Below are positions 59,750 to 64,000 of a stretch of 64,000 nucleotides of DNA, one piece after another (positions within the stretch are counted from its first letter, which is position 1; every line of letters begins with the position of its first letter). The stretch covers positions 186,001 through 250,000 of the forward strand of contig JAANOX010000037.1 of NCBI GenBank assembly GCA_020184695.1. The letters are read 5' to 3'. Position numbers and translations under genes: made by a program. The notes under the pieces were generated by a model. The model worked only from the letters and a program-made list of their open reading frames with translations. It had not been told where the DNA came from and did not search any database. Origin of the DNA: Histomonas meleagridis 2922-C6/04-290x (taxonomy: Eukaryota; Protista; Parabasalia).

Positions 59750-61021
59750 ATGTTTGCGTTATTAATTGCAAGTGTAATATCAGGCTGTGATGTCTATGTC
59801 ATGTCACCACTTGCTATGTTTGATTCGAATCAAAATCTTCTCGATTCTAGCAAATACGAATATTGGTTTAGTCAACTTCAAAGTGCCAATGTCAAAGGCG
59901 TAATGATTGATGTATGGTGGGGCATTTGCGAGCAAGCACAAAAAAGTTACAAATTTACAGGCTATAGAACAGTTTTCGATATGCTCAAAAACAAAGGACT
60001 TAAGATCATTCCAGTTATGTCATTCCATCGATGTGGTGGTAATGTTGGCGATTCATGTAATATACCAATTCCAGACTTTGTTTTCCAAGGGTCCATTCAA
60101 CCATATTTTGTTGATCTTTTTGGCAACAAAGATTCTGAATATATTTCATTTGCATATGATGACATTGAAGTTAATGGAAGAACACCACTTCAAATGTATC
60201 ATGATTTCATGACTGCCTTCAAAAATGAATTTATTGATTTAATTAATGATGGAACAATTGTTGAAATCGAAGTAGGCGCAGGACCATGTGGCGAATTACG
60301 TTATCCATCATATCAACTTGATAAATGGACATATTCAGGATGTGGTGCATATCAATGTTATGATCCAATGATGAAGACTAAGTTTAAACAAGCAGCAGCA
60401 AATGCTGGTCATCCAGAATGGGATTCGCCACCAACAGATACAGGCGATTATAATGTACGTCCTGGAGGTTCTACATATTGGAATGATGGTTGGAACATTG
60501 AATATGGAAAGTTCTTTAACAAATGGTATTCTAATCTTTTAATTGAACATGGTGCTAATATCCTTAAAGATGCTCGTGAAATCTTTGGTAGTAGTATGCG
60601 CCTTTCTTGTAAGATATCAGGTATTCATTGGCAATATACCACAAGTTGTCATTGCGCCGAACTTACTGCTGGTTATTATAACATTTGGGATTATGATGGA
60701 TATCAAACAATTATTAATATGTTCAAACAATATAACGTCGAAGTATGTTTCACTTGCCTCGAAATGACTGGTGAAGATTATAGCTCAGGAAGTAACCCAC
60801 CTGCATTAGTCTCCCAAATTTTAAAGGATACTAATAACGCTGGTTTGAAGTTCGAAGGTGAAAATGCTCTCGAAAGATACGATTGGACTGCATATAACCA
60901 AATATTGTCATGGGTTCCTCAAGGGTTGTCCACGTTTACGTATTTGAGGTTATGCGACGAATTGATTAATAACCAATACAATGACTTCAAGAACTTTGTT
61001 AATGCAATGAATAATGCATAA
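59750..61021 (+). CDS. Beta-amylase (GH14), secreted
   Basis: Signal peptide; VMIDVWWG, SFHRCGGNVGD, GPCGELRYPSY, KISGIHW, FTCLEM, GENAL. Confidence 0.95.
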   Translation: MFALLIASVISGCDVYVMSPLAMFDSNQNLLDSSKYEYWFSQLQSANVKGVMIDVWWGICEQAQKSYKFTGYRTVFDMLKNKGLKIIPVMSFHRCGGNVGDSCNIPIPDFVFQGSIQPYFVDLFGNKDSEYISFAYDDIEVNGRTPLQMYHDFMTAFKNEFIDLINDGTIVEIEVGAGPCGELRYPSYQLDKWTYSGCGAYQCYDPMMKTKFKQAAANAGHPEWDSPPTDTGDYNVRPGGSTYWNDGWNIEYGKFFNKWYSNLLIEHGANILKDAREIFGSSMRLSCKISGIHWQYTTSCHCAELTAGYYNIWDYDGYQTIINMFKQYNVEVCFTCLEMTGEDYSSGSNPPALVSQILKDTNNAGLKFEGENALERYDWTAYNQILSWVPQGLSTFTYLRLCDELINNQYNDFKNFVNAMNNA

Positions 61022-61637
61022 AACCAAAGGATTTTCCCTCTTAATTTTATATATGATAAACAATGGTTTAATTGAGAATTTCAATTTTTGTATTTACAAA
61101 ATATCTATTAATTTAAATCGAATTTATTTTGTATTTATAATTAATACAAGAATGAGATGCGCTTTGCTCTGCAAACAATAAGGAATTTTCAAATAAACTC
61201 ATTGAGATATAGATTAAAAATTATAAAAAAGTTAAAAGTAGAATCCAGAAATATTGGAGAGTGGAAAATTTGTTAGTTTGATAATTTTAAAGAAACTCGA
61301 TCCTACATAGTTTGATATACAATGAACAATTTAAAGATATATTCATCGAAAACAATTATATCAAAATTAAAAAAAGAGTGTAAAAAATTAAAATTATCCA
61401 AAACATGATGTGATCAGGTTGTTATAAGATACTTTCCCAAATTTCCACAAACAATTAATATCATACCGGATTATCATTTATATTATCAGTATTTCTCACC
61501 ACGAACCTATAAGCAAATGATATTGAAATCAATAAGGAAATTGTATTCACAGAAAATATTACATCATTACATTCGTCCTCGCTATTTTTCTTATATCATT
61601 TTACATTCCACAAAATCAATAAATAGATTTTTACTAT

Positions 61638-62963
61638 TCAGTTTCCTTCCTGTCCAAACTCCTGCGTCCATTTCTCATATCTTCCCAAGTCCTCTGGCGA
61701 CACGCTTGGCCTCACCTTGGACAGCGCCTGCAGGAAGTCCTGCATCGTGACGAGAGGCGGATGCAACTTTTGCGGGTCGATTGATTTCCAGTTCATTGGC
61801 ACCGCGCCGGGCTGGTCGGGGTTGCACGGCCACATCATTCCCTGGTACTCGCAGAAGTACTGCGCTGATTGCAGGTTGCGAAGTGACACAAACGAAGCTT
61901 CTCGCGTCAATATCTTCAAGTCGGCGCCAGAAAATCCATCAGTCATCTCAGCTATGGTGTGAATGTTTTCCTGAGTGAGCGAATGAGGAGTTGACTTCAT
62001 TCGATTTCCAATAAGATATTCACGGGCTTCAACATCAGGTAATGGAATATAAATCTTCTTCTCAAAACGACGGCGTACGGCTGGATCTAATGACCATGGA
62101 GTGTTGGTAGCGGCTAATAATAATATGCCATCCATGGATTTGCCAACTCCATCAAGTTGTACAAGAAATTCGGTCTTAATACGACGTGAGGCTTCGGTGT
62201 CATTGTCAGTACGCTCAGAAAGTAATGAATCAATTTCATCAATAAAAATAATTGAGGGCTTTCGATCGCGTGCTGTGTCGAAAAGAGCACGAATAAGCTT
62301 CTCAGATTCACCAAGCCATTTGGATACTAAATCAGAGGTGGATACTGTGAGAAATGTGGAATTGTCAGCTTCGGTGGCTGTGGCCTTGGCTAAAAATGAC
62401 TTTCCTGTACCTGGCGGACCATAGAGAAGAATTCCATGCCATGGAGAGCGTTCTCCTGTGAAAAATTGTGGAAGACGTAATGGAAGAATTACAGCTTCTT
62501 CTAAGGCTTGTTTGGCCGAGGCAAGACCAGCAACATCACTGAACTTAATGTCAGGCTTTTCTATCATAATAGCACTGGAGATTTTATCTTTGAATTCATT
62601 TGCTTCTTTATCATTAGTATTTTTAAGCTTATCATTATTACCACTATCACCGCTGCCACTATTGCCACCGCCTCCGCTATTGCCAGAACCACTGGTTGCT
62701 CGAGAAGGAATTTTTGTATTTTCGAGAATTTCGACTCTTTGCTTACATCGCTCAAGATAATCATTCAGTGGCCCAGAGATAGGTTCAACATACATGGGTG
62801 GTTGCTGAAGAGCTAAATTGAACATGCCAATGGCTTGTCGGTAATAATGTTTAGCTTGGTTGTAGCTTCTCATATTTTCCATATTAACAGCATTTGAAAG
62901 GAATTTTGTGCCTTTATCAAAATATTCTTTTGCAGGATTTCTGTCGAATTTACTGGGTTTCAT
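61638..62963 (-). CDS. VPS4: Vps4 AAA ATPase
   Basis: MIT domain, GPPGTGKS, DLVSKWLGESEKL, DEIDS, beta-domain PC.P..PGA, FGQEG end. Confidence 0.93.
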   Translation of the reverse strand: MKPSKFDRNPAKEYFDKGTKFLSNAVNMENMRSYNQAKHYYRQAIGMFNLALQQPPMYVEPISGPLNDYLERCKQRVEILENTKIPSRATSGSGNSGGGGNSGSGDSGNNDKLKNTNDKEANEFKDKISSAIMIEKPDIKFSDVAGLASAKQALEEAVILPLRLPQFFTGERSPWHGILLYGPPGTGKSFLAKATATEADNSTFLTVSTSDLVSKWLGESEKLIRALFDTARDRKPSIIFIDEIDSLLSERTDNDTEASRRIKTEFLVQLDGVGKSMDGILLLAATNTPWSLDPAVRRRFEKKIYIPLPDVEAREYLIGNRMKSTPHSLTQENIHTIAEMTDGFSGADLKILTREASFVSLRNLQSAQYFCEYQGMMWPCNPDQPGAVPMNWKSIDPQKLHPPLVTMQDFLQALSKVRPSVSPEDLGRYEKWTQEFGQEGN

Positions 62964-64000
62964 TTGGTAAAGAATTATGATAACCGGAAAAACCGTTAAA
63001 ATTTTTTCAAGTTAAATTTTCTTCTTCGGAAATTCTTCTTCATTCTTGAGAATATTAAAATAATCGAGCTACAAATTATTGTACTATAATAAAACAAAAA
63101 CCGCAAATGATATAATTTGATTTTATTAGGAATTTAGCAAACATCATTTTTTAAAAAAATCTGAAAATAACAACATACGCGTAATTATCGAAGAAGCCTT
63201 TAAAATAGGAAAAAATAATATCAAATTAAAAAAAATTCTTTCCTTTTTCATAAGTAGACTTTTTTGAACTTTTTACTTTATGCAAGAAGTCATGCAAAAT
63301 TTGCATTGCAAATCAAAGCTCATGATCAAAAGATTTTGTAATTTTATTTAAAAAAGCATCAAATATCGCCATAGTTTATATATTCTATTAACAGCTGTGT
63401 TAAGAACAAATAACATAACAAGTAAATCATATTTTTGATTAAATTAAAAGCGTTGATATATTTAATTAATTTTTTACTAATAATGGTTCCTTTATCAACA
63501 AGATTCATGAAGTATAATTTTTTGTTTATATTTTAGCCTATTCATGTACGTTGTTTCCTTTTCGTTCTTGTAATATTAATCAAATCTTTATTGCATAACA
63601 TGAATATTCCTTGATGAACATGTTACTTGTTAGTGAATTTTTATGATATAAATTTTTGACGCCTTCTTAAAGATCTAAGTTCATTCAAAAAAACCATTTT
63701 TTTGCTCAAATAAAAACGTTGTATATAATCATATCATGTATTTACATAAATTTTATAAGAATTATCTGATTAAAAGTGATGAAGTGTAAAATCTTATCGT
63801 ACTAATTGAGAACATTTTCTGTTTTCCATCGGCTGTTTTTTGCCGTTGAATGCATTGAAAAGTTGTCAAATCATTCTAACCGTATAATTTGTTTGGGGTG
63901 TCCGAAAGAACATTCAAAACCGCCCTTTTATAACTTTTTAATAGCTTTTTGATAAGCACACTTCACAATCGGAGAATGGAAACATACAAGGTCGTTGTTC

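Overview
AT-rich eukaryotic DNA, most likely a parabasalid (Trichomonas/Tritrichomonas-like). This is inferred from the DUF3447-ankyrin family, GH14 beta-amylase, H4 ending LYGF, compact nearly intronless genes and an ACTAAC-N3-TAG intron end. Housekeeping genes: UXS1, ARM protein, pseudokinase, calmodulin, Spg1/Tem1, Rab, S1/P1 nuclease, CAMK, Myb, Cdc20, Timeless, dihydropyrimidinase, H4, FLCN/SMCR8-like DENN, beta-amylase and Vps4. Also tRNA-Glu(TTC), a decayed P-element-like transposase and two likely bacterial-origin small genes (barstar-like, cupin). The standout feature is six DUF3447-ankyrin loci plus one orphan array in which nearly every ankyrin repeat is separated from the next by an AT-rich insert at the same site (D-I-x | F-x-T-A-L). 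The inserts are quantised at 28/48/68 nt (8+20n), lack GT-AG ends and a branch-point motif, and carry stops and frameshifts. One junction has no insert, and removing the inserts restores ORFs with natural C-terminal caps. This points to an unrecognised non-canonical intron or bypass system. All counts are by hand.
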